40,938 nt of DNA from Paraglomus brasilianum (lineage: Eukaryota): positions 1 through 40,938 of the forward strand of contig CAJVPI010000227.1 of NCBI GenBank assembly GCA_910592345.1, in the 5' to 3' direction. Position 1 is the stretch's first letter. Each line of letters begins with the position of its first letter. Below are positions 12,068 to 24,067 of this stretch, one piece after another. Position numbers and translations under genes: made by a program. The notes under the pieces were generated by a model. It ran no database searches, had not been told where the DNA came from, and saw only the letters and a list, made by a program, of their open reading frames with translations.

Positions 12068-12075
12068 TCACGTGA
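12068..12075. promoter_or_regulatory. Palindromic E-box TCACGTGA upstream of the Dma1-type gene; a second TCACGTG at 14748-14754 lies about 100 bp upstream of the Ppg1-type ATG
   Basis: Motifs are visible in the sequence. CACGTG is the established bHLH (Cbf1/Pho4-type) site, but function here is not shown. Confidence 0.3.
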
Positions 12076-12382
12076 TTATCGACAATGAAGTTTCGGATGC
12101 AACCATTCTGCATTGTTACTACATGGCTAGACTGAAACAAACCAATATGGAGATCAAGCAATTGAAAAAGGGATGGTCAGAGTACTTGATGATAGTACAT
12201 TCGGGAATATCAACACATTCCAGGTTTAAATTTGAATGATTACGATTGCAAGGACATTACAATAATAATAATAATACGTCTTTGTCCAAGACAAAGAATA
12301 AGCAGTGTATGTTTACAAGGTTGAAACGGTTGAAGCGGTTGAAGCGGTTGAAACACACACGCCCATCATTGACGACCTTGAA

Positions 12383-12430
12383 CATCATCACCATCATCGC
12401 CATCATCATCACCATCACCATCACCATCAT
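12383..12430 (+). repeat. Imperfect (CAT/CAC)n trinucleotide repeat, preceded by four copies of GGTTGAA(A/G)C
   Basis: catcatcaccatcatcgccatcatcatcaccatcaccatcaccatcat; the 9-bp unit is repeated at 12319-12354. Confidence 0.85.
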
Positions 12431-13773
12431 CGTCTCGCCATTTCATTATCTACAAGAGCAGCCACACGTGTGATTACAGTGCTCATCGACAACGCAGTTT
12501 TTTTTTCACTGTATGTATATGTATACGCATATATAAATACGTAATCGTCAATGGTTGTCTTTTGGTCACAATTATACATTTTTATGGTTGGTGTCGGGTA
12601 ATGTGACTATATGTAAAACAAGCACAGCAACAGCGATTGTGATGCTAAAAAGGTTGTATACATATCATACACATACTTGCTGACCGATTGACCGATAGAT
12701 AGATATCATATGTAATACAAGTGATTATCCCAAAATTTATCGAAACATTCTTAGAACGGACATTCGGGATCAAAACCTTAATGGTGAACTTAATCAGTAT
12801 AAATACTACCAGTCTCCTTGATCACGGGTTGGACATTACGCCATAAAAGGCAACATTTACAGATACTGAAAAGTTTTTCTGGGATTCCCCTTTATTGCCC
12901 GAAAATTGGCCACTGTTGCACGAGAAATTTAATATCAACATAGTGACAAGCGTAACATTCATTGCGATCTTTATTTAGTGGCTAAATCTTTGTGGACAGA
13001 CTTGGCACACATTACTGGTAGCCCTGTTTGAAGATTAGCTTACTTGTGTGCAACTCGTTCGGACATCTGCTTGATTAATAATTCGGTATCCATAGAGTGA
13101 GCAAGCTAATCATATTCTTTCCTTTTCGAGCATATTCACCCGCTTTACCGACAGTCCGATACTGTAAATTCAAAATGTAAAAAGGAATCTGTCTTGATTT
13201 ATAAATAAAATTAGACGCTGGAGAGCAATAATTGCAAAACAGCTCATTTGAAACGTCGGAACATTTAAAATAAATTAATACGGTATTCACCGTCTTTTTG
13301 CAATAAAAACTTAGCCACGCGTTTTCACAGATTAATTAAAACTGTATCAGGAATTTCCTCCAATCGTGGGCAATTTTTTTTCTACATCAGTGTTCTATTG
13401 AATTTAAATCCCGATGCAAATGTTAGCATAACCATTTATTTGTTTGTTTGTGAAGCCTACGCGCTTTTGTATGTAGGTGTCAATTAGCAATAGTAGATAG
13501 ACTGGTAAAAAAGACAATCGAAACTTTATTACATTGACAAGTATAGTGTGTGCCATTAAAGGCATAAATATTTACTCTCATTTTGACTACTGGAACGGGG
13601 AAAGTGAACATGTGAGCCAAGACGACTGTCCTAAACCACACTACTTCTTGCCAGGCTGTACATACTTTCCTGATCATATTTGTCTAATACTCTAATTTAC
13701 AAAACTAAACCGGGCGTTGTTTTCGGAACGCTATTTATGTTCTAAGATAAAAACTTAGTATAAATAACTGTCT

Positions 13774-14560
13774 ATGTATAGGTACAAATTGATGCTCAAG
13801 AAGTGGAGGCTAGTGAACAGGAAATACGTAGAAGACGTTATGTACGCGTTAAGAAAGCGCTGCAAATATTCTTCACTTCAGAAGAGAAATCTACCAGGTT
13901 TGATAAATTTGATTGGCGCATTTGCCAAAATTGGAAAAGAAAAGTATGACTTGAAAACCGGTTCTATACGCATTAAAAATTTAGACATCGACACAGAAAT
14001 ACGCCATGAACGCCACATTAAAACTATAATCCAAGCGTTCATTACGATTATTATTATTATTATTATTATGTGAAGTGGCTCAAATTTTTACATGTACAGT
14101 ATGCTTATCTAATTGATATTTATTCTTTATTCCTAATATCGTGTCTGCATAACCATAGCGGGGAAGTCACCGTTACATCTATGAGGCATCCAAGGCTGGC
14201 TTAAAGCAGCGGGTTCAGCCTCCCCGGAAGCTGAATAGTACTGGCAATAAAATCCGGAAGATGGGGTTATACGTGCATGCGTGCTGGTTAGTTTCTTCTT
14301 CTCTTGACCCACATCACGGCTATATTTCAGGACAGTCATTATAAAGGTTACCCAAAGAGATGAGCCACGGGGAAACACAGTACATGCTGAATTCCCAAAT
14401 CGCTGGACACAATTGTAACGATTTTATACGCAAAGGTTAATCCCCGTAATACTTGCTATTGTATTCTTATATAAGAATGGCAAGAAGGAACGTCAAACGC
14501 CTGGCCTGGAGCTTACGGATTGTCATCCATCACCAAGAAAAAAGCTTATAAAGGTGATGA
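13774..14560 (+). pseudogene. Heavily decayed member of an expanded Mucoromycota hypothetical-protein family (possibly nuclease-fold or Crinkler-related)
   Basis: Collinear fragments across frameshifts: KKWRLVNRKYVEDVMYALRKRCKY; IYEASKAG; SGFSLP-RKL; KIRKMG..VHA...SLDPHHGYIS; LELTDCHPSPRKK. They resemble a family I recall with a KWKLSTGKIVEDVLY motif. Not searched. Confidence 0.4.
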
Positions 14561-14850
14561 GCTAAATCTGGGATGTTACTGTATACGAATAAATATCTGA
14601 CCTTTCTTCTGCCCAAAGTACTGGGTGAACTTTAACTCTTGCCTATCGATCAGGAACATCAGAATTGCGGTATCAGTATGAACGTAAAAGTGCTTTAGTC
14701 AGACAATGTAGTGTAACTCACGTCACGGGATCGGGTTTACTTCAAAATCACGTGGTCAACATCTTTCTGCTTTCTTTGTATTAGTATTGTAATCTTTCCT
14801 TTCCAGACCTGACAAGATTTAGCTCTCGCCCCTCACCCTTCACTGCTGCC

Positions 14851-16469
14851 ATGGGTCTAGATCTCGACGCTTGTATTTCCCAACTCTTGCAGAAACAGCT
14901 CCTCGCCGAATCTCTAATAAAAGAGATTTGTGAGAAAACCAAAGAGTTACTAATGCGCGAGAGTAATGTAATCCATATATCAGCTCCTGTGACTGTGGTT
15001 GGTGATATCCATGGGTAAAAAGAGTGAGCGGGTTGATTCTAGTGGGAATGAGTGTATACTTTGAAGACGCGTTCAGTTTGATCTTACCTTTTTCTTTTCT
15101 TTTTCTTGCATGCAGGCAGTTTTATGATTTGATCGAGATATTTCGTATAGGCGGATACTGTCCATACACGAATTATCTCTTTCTAGGTATTTACCTTTTT
15201 TTTTTTCTACTACCTAAAATAAATTCTGCAAATCCCTTTTTATGCTAGCAGAGAGAATGTTTTACTCACAATACGTTTGTAATTTGTTAGGTGATTATGT
15301 TGATAGAGGGTTGTTTAGTATCGAGACTATATCTCTGTTGACGTGTTTGAAGCTGAGATACCCAGAAAGAGTACAGCTTGTTAGAGGTAATCACGAGTCG
15401 CGTGCTGTTACTCAGGTGAGGGCCATGGGCAATGTTGCAGTAGACCATGATGGAACCGCATTAACACACTTGCAACTTACTCTTACTTACAGACATATGG
15501 ATTCTATACCGAATGCGTTAGAAAGTATGGAAATACAAATGTCTGGCATTATTTCACAGACATGTTTGATTATTTAACATTGTCTGTTGTTATTGATGAT
15601 AAGATATTCTGCGTGCATGGAGGTGAAGGGGGAATCCATGAGCTATCTAAATATGATTATCGTCTAGTGACGATGATAATCGTTCCAAAACTTACATTGA
15701 CGTTTATTCTAATTTTACACAGGTCTCTCACCTTCAATACACAGCATTGATCAAATAAAGACACTGGACAGATTCAGAGGTATGTCTATGCAGCTTGTAT
15801 CTCTCGAAGTTATCGGAATTTTTCATGTATATAATTCCCGGTCTTACTACTTCCATCTTAACATGTAGAAATCCCGCATGAAGGTCCAATGGCTGATCTT
15901 GTATGGTCTGATCCAGACCAGGATAAAGATGAATTTGCAATATCACCAAGGTATTGCGCCACAGGTTTTATTTAACTGGTTGTATCATATTTAATTAACT
16001 TGGCTATTATGCAGAGGAGCAGGCTACACTTTCGGTGGTGAAGTAGTAAAGAAATTTCTCCACATAAACGGCATGTCGCATATACTACGTGCTCATCAAC
16101 TTTGTATGGAAGGATATCAAGTACGTGTAATCAACTTGTCTTCATGGCACTACACAAGTCTCTATAATCATTCCTGCCGCACTACGCGTTCAGGTTCTCT
16201 ACGATGACCGTCTATCAACGGTCTGGTCTGCTCCCAACTACTGTTATAGATGTGGTAATATGGCGTCTATACTAGAAGTCGGCGTCAATGGAGAGAGATT
16301 TTTCAACGTATTTGATGCTGCACCCGAGAATGATAGAGAGAGTTCGAGACCCATGGCTTCTGAGAGACTGGTAAGCCGTACGTGGGTTTATGCTTGTGTT
16401 AACGATAGGTATGCGCGCTAACGAGAGATCATTACTGTTGAATAGGAGAACGTGTTATATTTCTTGTAA
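14851..16469 (+). CDS. PPG1: PP2A-like Ser/Thr protein phosphatase catalytic subunit, Ppg1 type, 9 exons, about 311 aa
   Basis: Exons 14851-15014, 15116-15186, 15291-15415, 15493-15622, 15723-15779, 15869-15950, 16015-16120, 16194-16370 and 16446-16469, all GT-AG and in frame. PPP motifs [45 protein letters not shown] and C-terminal [21 protein letters not shown] and TYGFYTEC fit the fungal Ppg1 subgroup. Confidence 0.93.
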
Positions 16470-16907
16470 ATGTGTCAGAGCTGTTATGGTATTGTGCTAT
16501 TTGGTTTCAATGTCTCAACTTTTGTATTCCACGATAATGGTAATGGGCAACACTGACATTTTTTAGTTAGCATTATTGATATTATTATTAGTTTAGATGA
16601 ATAATGTACAATTTACATGCATCATTCTGTGTATCCATACACGTGCATCTATTCAACTAATCCTCTCAACATCTACTTTAACCTACTGAATAAACCAATT
16701 TACAGTTAGTTTCTCCTCTTAGATTAAATATATATATATACCGTCCCTCTCACATCGTTAATCCTCTTTCTTCACACGCGCACACACCCATTTTTTTTCT
16801 ACAAAAGCATATATCTTCAATATCATGTATTTCATGTAATGTCAGTTATAGTTCCTCTAATATATTCTATAAATACAAGAATCTTTAATAATACATACAC
16901 ATCGATG

Positions 16908-19900
16908 CTAATATATTCCATCACTCCGTAATGTTTCATAAACTCCACTTCTAACATCAACTCCTCGGTTACTTTCATTTACAAGCCGTTTCTGATTTGT
17001 ATCAGAAACAGCATTAGTACTATTTGTAATAGCAGCCCCATTGGGGACATCCACAGTAGTAGCATTATCATTGCTGCCGCTGCTGCTGTTGCTATTGACC
17101 AAGTCTAACACGGCTTTATGTTTCGTATTCCAGTTATTAATGAGATTATTAATAGCGCGTTCGTGTTGTTGATTTAGCGAGAGTTGTTTAGAGTATCGCT
17201 GTTGATGACCTTGATGAACATAGATATCTGAACAAGATAAGAGAGAGAAAATAATAGATATTCATGAGTTTAGCAGCGCCATGGCAAAAACTATATGGTA
17301 GTAATATTACCGTTATTTACCTGTCAATAGTCGCCCTGATATGAGACTCTGTACATTGTTTCCTACATGCTTGCTTAGCGTATATGCAGCAGCCAGTGTC
17401 TTTTCTGCTTGAATGTTCTGCGCTTTGTATAGCAATGGCCCTAAGACTGTGAGCGTTATTGCTTGTAATTGATTATTACACAGCGATTTAGAAAGTTTCA
17501 ATGCTTCATATAGACGTTCCCTGTAATATGAAAACAAATGTTATCAATCATTGTCGTCACAGTAACTCCTCGTATAACCCCTATTAACCCTCTTCTTACT
17601 TGGCCCTGTCCTGTTCTTTAGTAACCAATGCTTCGAATAATTGTAGTATTGCCTTCAACCCATCAATATTGCTGAGTTCTTTTGTCACTAGTTGTCTTAT
17701 TTCGTTAAGCAGAAAATTTATCTAATGCATAATAATAACGTTAAATGAGCGAGAGTGTATTGTTTAAACATCACGCTGCATATTATTAAACACACCTGTT
17801 GTTGCTGCTGTTCATCATCGTGATTAGAATTACCAAATAATATTAAGAATCTATTAATTTTGGCGAGCGTTTTGACATATGCCGATTCGGCTGTCTAGAA
17901 GCGGCACATTATAGCAGGCGTAAGTTACGTTTGAATTCTTGTTTTGCGTCATCAGTTCATTATTTACCTTCTCAACTGTACGGTAGTAATCCCACGCATC
18001 GCTAAACTTGCCAACACATTGATTTATCATTCCCAATGCAAGTGTGGCAGACACTTGAATATGAGACCATAGACCATATTTTGACGCCCAGTCGAATAGA
18101 GATGCTAGTTGCTATTAAGATAGTATATCTCGATTAAATAAAGATGACTAGCTAGTAGTATTAAAACCGCTTTCAAAAACATTTAAATTTAAACCTACCT
18201 TCTCTGCTTCATCGTAATCAGATCTTAACATATAAACATCGACTAGATGTAATAAAATATATGTCTTCAGCTTCACAAAGAAAGTCTTCACTCTTATCAC
18301 ATCATGAAGAGGTAACTGGCTTTCTAATAATAGTGAAGATTGAAAAAGTTATGCAATGTAAATTAACAAAATAGACAATAAAGCAAGTCAACTCCATATA
18401 TACTTGACTCACCTTCCTCTGACTCAATCTCCTCTGATATCGGAAACAAATGGACGATTGATTAGATGAATGTGTTCAACGAAAATTTAATTGCAATAAC
18501 CCTCTAACGCTCGAACTCGTAAAACAACCACAACGATAGTATCTTTATATTTACTCTGAACAATCTTCAATCCTTCTGTTAAGAATGCTGTTGCCTTGAG
18601 ATTACTCGTATCACCTCTATTACACAATCCAGATATCAAGAACGTCAACGAATACATTTCCTTTCTTGATAACCATCGTATAACTACTGGCATTGTTGCT
18701 CTCGATGAATCAGAAGCCGTTGTCGGACCACTAGCGATTGGGGCAGCCGATATTTGTACCTGCAATAAATGATCCGATTAGTATGGTAACTCACGTATAC
18801 TAATCTCTTGGAGCTTTTTTATACTGTGTAGCATAAGACTAACGCAGAAGCGTCTATTTAATTCTATCCTAATATTCTCATTACATCCCATCCCCCCTAC
18901 TTACAATAGTATACCCGTTTAATTCATCATCGCTCTCATCGTCGTCTTTCGCATCTAAAACTTGATGCACTTCACTCAATCGCTCCATCGCCGCCTTAAC
19001 GTTCCCAATGTGCATATTATACACAATATACAACAAAAAATATTGCAGATGTAACTGCTTGTTTATGACCCCATTATATGGCTGTGACTGTGCTGCTGAA
19101 CGGGGAAAACATGCCGAAGCGAGAGAGGAAAGACAGGTTCGAACAACAGCGAGCGATTGAAGTGTGGGCTGTGCGAGAGCGTACTGGGATTTGGAAATTA
19201 GGATGCAGGCTTTCATGTCAATATCACCTCGTTGGTTAGCTATAAGTTCAGCTTGATCTAACACCGACGTACAGGAAGACAAGTCTCGGACCGAATTGAA
19301 GTAACTGGCACGTAAGAGTAAGAATTGGTACATCCAATTGGGCATATTATGTCTGTACAGACAAAATTAGTAGGAAAATTGTTATTAGTAATTAATGCTT
19401 ATAGGCCAAGACATAAAACACCGAATAAACAGGTCTCACTCCACTCGCCCATCAACAAACTTACTCTACTGCCTCCGTAAACGCTAGTTCAAGAATATCC
19501 GTAGCTTCCTTGATATTATTATTTGAGTTTAACATTCGACATCGAAGCTCCAGCATTTGGAACTTCAGATTAACCAGATTATCAAGCTTATAGACAAAAT
19601 ATGAGGGAAGGTAAATTACTGTTGGTTATACAGTTGAAGAGAAAGTGGGATAACGATTCTGAAAGATTTACTTACCTTTTGGACTATAGTCAACTGAAAA
19701 AAAAAAGAGCGAAATACGTGGATTACAATTTGAATATACGTATAATGTGAACAGACGGGGAAAAAAAAACTCGAAACAACCACCCCTCCCTCAATCTCAC
19801 TTACAGCATTTTCTAAATGTTGTTTAGCATCTGCCGTATTATCCGTGTACATAAACAATATCTCACTTAATCTAAATCGTGTCCTAGCTTCAACTTCTGG

Positions 19901-21526
19901 TGAATATTTTCGATCATTTTTTTTACATGCGAGTACAAGTGTCAAGCACTTGATAGCCTTGAGAACGCATTCTTGTTGCTGAGGGGTTAATTTAAGATAG
20001 GATGCAAGAGAAGAGTGCGGGGAAAGCGTGGGGAGGGTTTGGAGATAGTGTTCAGATAAATACCAAAGGACATTATGAGACAGAGGTGGTGACGGTAATG
20101 ACGGCAGCGATGGAGATGGGGAAGATGGAGATGGAGGACGGTGAAAAACAAAGTTGGAAGGCTGTGGTTGTGGCGTTTGAGATTTTGACAATTTGCGGCC
20201 TCGTTGCTGAGTTACATGCGTGGATTGTCTTTGAGTTTGAATCTGGGGCTGGTGATGGACATGTCCAACTTGTCCTTGAATTTGATGAGGGATATGAGCA
20301 GGACGTACTTGAGGTTGGACTTGCGATGGAACAGGTACGTGTGTAGTTTGTCCTTGAGAATAAAGCTGCTGAGGAACCTGGATTTGAGCTCTTTGATGTA
20401 CCTTTACTGGAGACTGGGGTGACTTTTTAGCAGTACTCAACTGAGGAGATTGTGGAAGCGTGGATTGATGAAACGCGATTAGCGGTTGTGTTCCTTGCTC
20501 AACATTTCCTTGTGATTGAGACAAAGTTGAAACGGTTTCGCTTTTAATGGGGTGTTTCAAAAGGGGTTGATTAGGAACCGTCTGTGTTGGTACGTGAACC
20601 TGCGTATGCATATGAGCTCCCGGAAACACATGTCTCATAACCATCTGATCGCTTACGTTTGGACTGATTTGCGGTTGGATATATTCTGATTGTTCTGCCT
20701 GACCACTTTTGGGCGTACTTTGATCGGAATTTTGTTGCACTAGCTCGCGCTCATATAATCTCTGTACAGTAAAATGTTGCGGTGCTTGCTGTTGCTGCTG
20801 TATGTGTTGTTGCTGCATTTGTTGCTGCTGTATTTGTTGTTGTTGCTGTTGTTGCTGTTGTTGTTGTTGTCGTTGTATTTGTTGGTGTTGTATTTGTTGT
20901 TGATTTTGATTAATTTTGTTTACATGATATAAGCTATGCGATTGAAGTGATGTGACACTCGCAGGAGGTGACATCAGCTGATGTGTGAGTATTTGAGATA
21001 ACTGTTGTTGCTGTCGTTGATGTTGATTATGTGGCTGTTGGCTCTGATGCTGTTGCTGTGGAGTTAGTTGGTTTTGATTAAGAAATGAGGAAGGTACATT
21101 TTGCCTTTGTAGTGGATGTGCTAGTATTTGCTGTTGTGATAGCTGTTGCTGTGTTAGTTGTTGTGGTGTTAGTGTTTGTGCTAGTTGCTGTGTCGAAGAC
21201 TGTTGGGACTGTGGTTGTATAAACAGATCTTGCTGCGTGAGTGGAATACTACTCGACAAATGCTGCTGAATAGTATTCGTAGGCACTCGTTGATATAGAA
21301 CAGGGTTTAAACCATTCATATACGATTGTTGCACTTGTTGTGGATTTGTAAATTGCATTGGGTACGCTAACTGTCTGTCGAATTGTGTTGGAATATAGAT
21401 ATCAGTTGGCGATTGCATCAAGTTGAGCGCTGTCTGGTGCTGAGATGGCTGCTGTTGCTGCTGTGATGGTGGCTGTTGGTAATTCCATGGTTGGTTCTGC
21501 CACGCTTGAAAAGGTTGTTGCGACAT
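16908..21526 (-). CDS. SCC4: Cohesin loader subunit Scc4/MAU2 with a long Gln-rich N-terminal extension, 12 exons, about 1181 aa
   Basis: Exons 21526-19805, 19693-19676, 19586-19465, 19352-18905, 18759-18555, 18433-18413, 18323-18199, 18111-17968, 17894-17796, 17721-17600, 17520-17321 and 17227-16908 splice GT-AG into one open frame. AIKCL...PEVEARTRFRLSEILFMYTDNTADAKQHLENA matches the MAU2/Scc4 N-terminal motif. RWLSRKEMYSLTFLISG and LYEALKLS...NNQLQAITL fit the later TPR-like region. Confidence 0.85.
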
Positions 21527-23230
21527 GTGCAGGGTTAGCGGACATTAGCGATCTCTGTCTGGTTTTCAAAAAGCTGTATTTTGATGGTGGACGAGTGTAA
21601 GTGAGTGTGTTTTGTTACACGAACCAAACGCCTGGGAAACATGCCCTAATACTAATAGTAACGTCATTGATTTTGCAAACCTAAACCAAACAACGGAAGC
21701 GAAGTTGATCAACACTACAATTCTCACAGAGAATATTTGGCAGAAAGTCAAGACGGGTGATAACGAAGAATGTGTTACAAACAGTCTAAAACGAATGGAA
21801 GATATATTAGTTCTTTAACTATTAACAGTACGTTCAGTTTGTATTGATGCTGAACAAGGGATACCAATATTAATATTAGGTCCACTGTATTTGTATACTA
21901 GGAAGTCAGCCAGTCAGTTATTTGTTGCTGGAAAGTTTGTATATCCAGGATACGGGCCAGCTTAAAGTCCCCCAATAGAAAAATATGGATGAGATTAAGC
22001 AGTAATTAATGCAGGTTCAATATAAAAGGCCAACAAAAAAATTCAATAATGTAGAAACAATTTTATTATTGTTATAATAAAACTGGGCATTTATATATTA
22101 AAAAACATCAAAGTACTGTGTGTGTCAATGAAGTGTAATGGATTTTTTATCTACTCGGTTGCTCATAACTACTGCATAAAACGGGACAAAAAACAAAGCC
22201 CAAAAGCTAAATATAAATTTAATACTCCATTCTCTTCATTATTGTCTCTCATCTCCTTCTCATTGATCTGATACAGTTAATTAGAATGCTATTGGAATTC
22301 TATCTTACTCTTATGTCATATACCAGATAATGCTATAATTCCCTGATCACACCAATAAGTTATTGTGTTTCTGAATAGCTGAAAGCAGTTTTATCAGAAA
22401 TAAGGTGGTTTGCCAACTGCTTTGAAATTTTTTCGTGATATTTTTTGCAAATTACATGTAATTATCAGAAATAGTCTCGGATTTAAATATTGAGTTATAG
22501 TTCTTGTATAACCTACTTGGGACGACTACTCACGTATTCCCCCGTTGTAAAAGTAATTTCTCAACAAAAATTGGGTTTAAATTTATTTGTTTACGGTTAG
22601 GTTAGAACAGCTTATTTACAGGGACATGTCTGAAATATCACACATAGTCGATATTACTTTATTATGTCTTCCATAATTAATGCTCTTGCATTTAGTATGC
22701 CATCTCGTACTCCTATCATAGATATTAATCCTAGACACAATCTCCCGAAATATGATTCTTCGGTGAGGTGGTAAACGCATAATCGGGTCGAGTGGTGAAT
22801 AGTTCATATTTTGCGTAGCATCATATATTATTCGTTTACTCTGTTTCTGACCTAGCTTGGTAATAATAATACTACTCTGCGTAACATTGAATATATTATC
22901 CTCGACGGTAGAATTCCAACTCTGAAAGACAGTATTTCACCATAGACTCAGAATACTTGTAAGAGTATCATAATTATTTCCTGGCATGGTAAATTGCCTA
23001 GCGATCAAAATTGTGCGCTTTCTCTCAAACGGTAGAATGAGCGGAGATAATTCTCAAGTACATCAATTTCACTTCGATATTAAATCTCAGTTTCATATCA
23101 CTCAGTATCCAGTGGTGGGGTAATATTGTCTTGTGGGGCCTAATTAAGCAGGTTGACACAAGAAAGCACATATGTTTAGTGGCTCTCAATTGCTGGTTGT
23201 TGAAAAGCTGTTGTTCAAAGAGTATGTAAT

Positions 23231-23275
23231 AACATTAACATTAACATTAACATTAACATTAACATTAACATTAAC
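23231..23275 (+). repeat. (AACATT)7 hexanucleotide microsatellite
   Basis: Seven perfect copies plus AAC. Confidence 0.95.
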
Positions 23276-23282
23276 GGTTCAA

Positions 23283-23730
23283 ATGGATATTTTTATAAGC
23301 AATAAGACAACAGCACGGCAAAATCGTGAAGTAAGGATCGGCGGCGTCTAAGCAAAAAAGATGAAGTTTGTTAGAGTTATATCAATGGAGAAAAAGTACG
23401 CGGAGTAAACTTACGCAAACAGAACTTGCAGCTGAAATACGTTCTATTGCTAAGACGCAGCTGTTTCCAAACTGTTGAACAAGCAGAAAGTAATGACACT
23501 GTAGATGCTATAAAAACGCTAAGGTCAGAAAAAGATATCTTTGAGACGGGACTCCTTACAAACTGATCCCACAAATTATCAAGCATTGTGTAATAGAGCA
23601 AAGATCAAGTTAGATATGAAAAATTTCAGAATACCACTTAGGATGGACTATAACAATCCCGTGTCATTTTAATGCTCCTAAGCTCTTTTGGAAATAGTTT
23701 TTTGACCGGATTACAACCATCCCAGTTATT
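23283..23730 (+). mobile_element. Decayed pogo/Tigger-like (CENP-B HTH) transposase N-terminus
   Basis: Across frameshifts: RRRLSK, KLTQTELAAE, AAVSKLLNKQK, RAKIK/VRYEKF. The order and content resemble the two CENP-B-type HTH domains. Many stops. Confidence 0.4.
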
Positions 23731-23777
23731 GGAGTATGGTGGGATTATGTTTGCGTCGTCATTGCAGGAGTTGGCTC

Positions 23778-23829
23778 GCAGAGTTAGCTGGCAGAGTTAG
23801 CTGGCAGAGTTAGCTGGCAGAGTTAGCTG
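23778..23829 (+). repeat. 13-bp minisatellite (GCAGAGTTAGCTG)4
   Basis: Four perfect head-to-tail copies plus a degenerate copy at 23764-23777; no spacers. Confidence 0.95.
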
Positions 23830-24067
23830 GGAAAAAAAAAATCGTTATTGACCAAGTGACGACGAGTTTGCGATTGTGTCGTCATTCAAGCACGATGAGA
23901 TCGTGTTTGCATCGTCAGCCAAGGAAAAAGCCAAAGCTAGCCAACAATTAAATAAAAAGTCTTTATTAAAATCCACACGTTTGCTTAGTAGACTTGACCA
24001 ATATTCAAGATATTATAAGGGAATGGGGTTGCCCGAAACGGGTTAACTGAATGTGGTTTACAGTATA

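Noticed and set aside
14125..14410. Possible structured ncRNA (snR30-like TATTCCTA/AACCAT, hairpin TTCAGCCTCC..GGAAGCTGAA, hammerhead-like GATGAG..GAAAC)
   Set aside because: No ACA box or supporting stems, the hammerhead core lacks CUGA, and the segment is better explained as a decayed protein-coding gene.
20002..20422. Plus-strand ORFs within Scc4 exon 1
   Set aside because: Antisense shadows of Gln/Pro-rich codons.
22616..23100. Protein-like minus-strand stretch (NTVFQSWNSTVEDNIFNVTQ...)
   Set aside because: Interrupted by stops and no recognisable family.
23764..23829. CRISPR-like appearance of the 13-bp repeats (also the 28.9-kb and 33.5-kb clusters)
   Set aside because: No unique regularly sized spacers, no cas genes, and a eukaryotic context.
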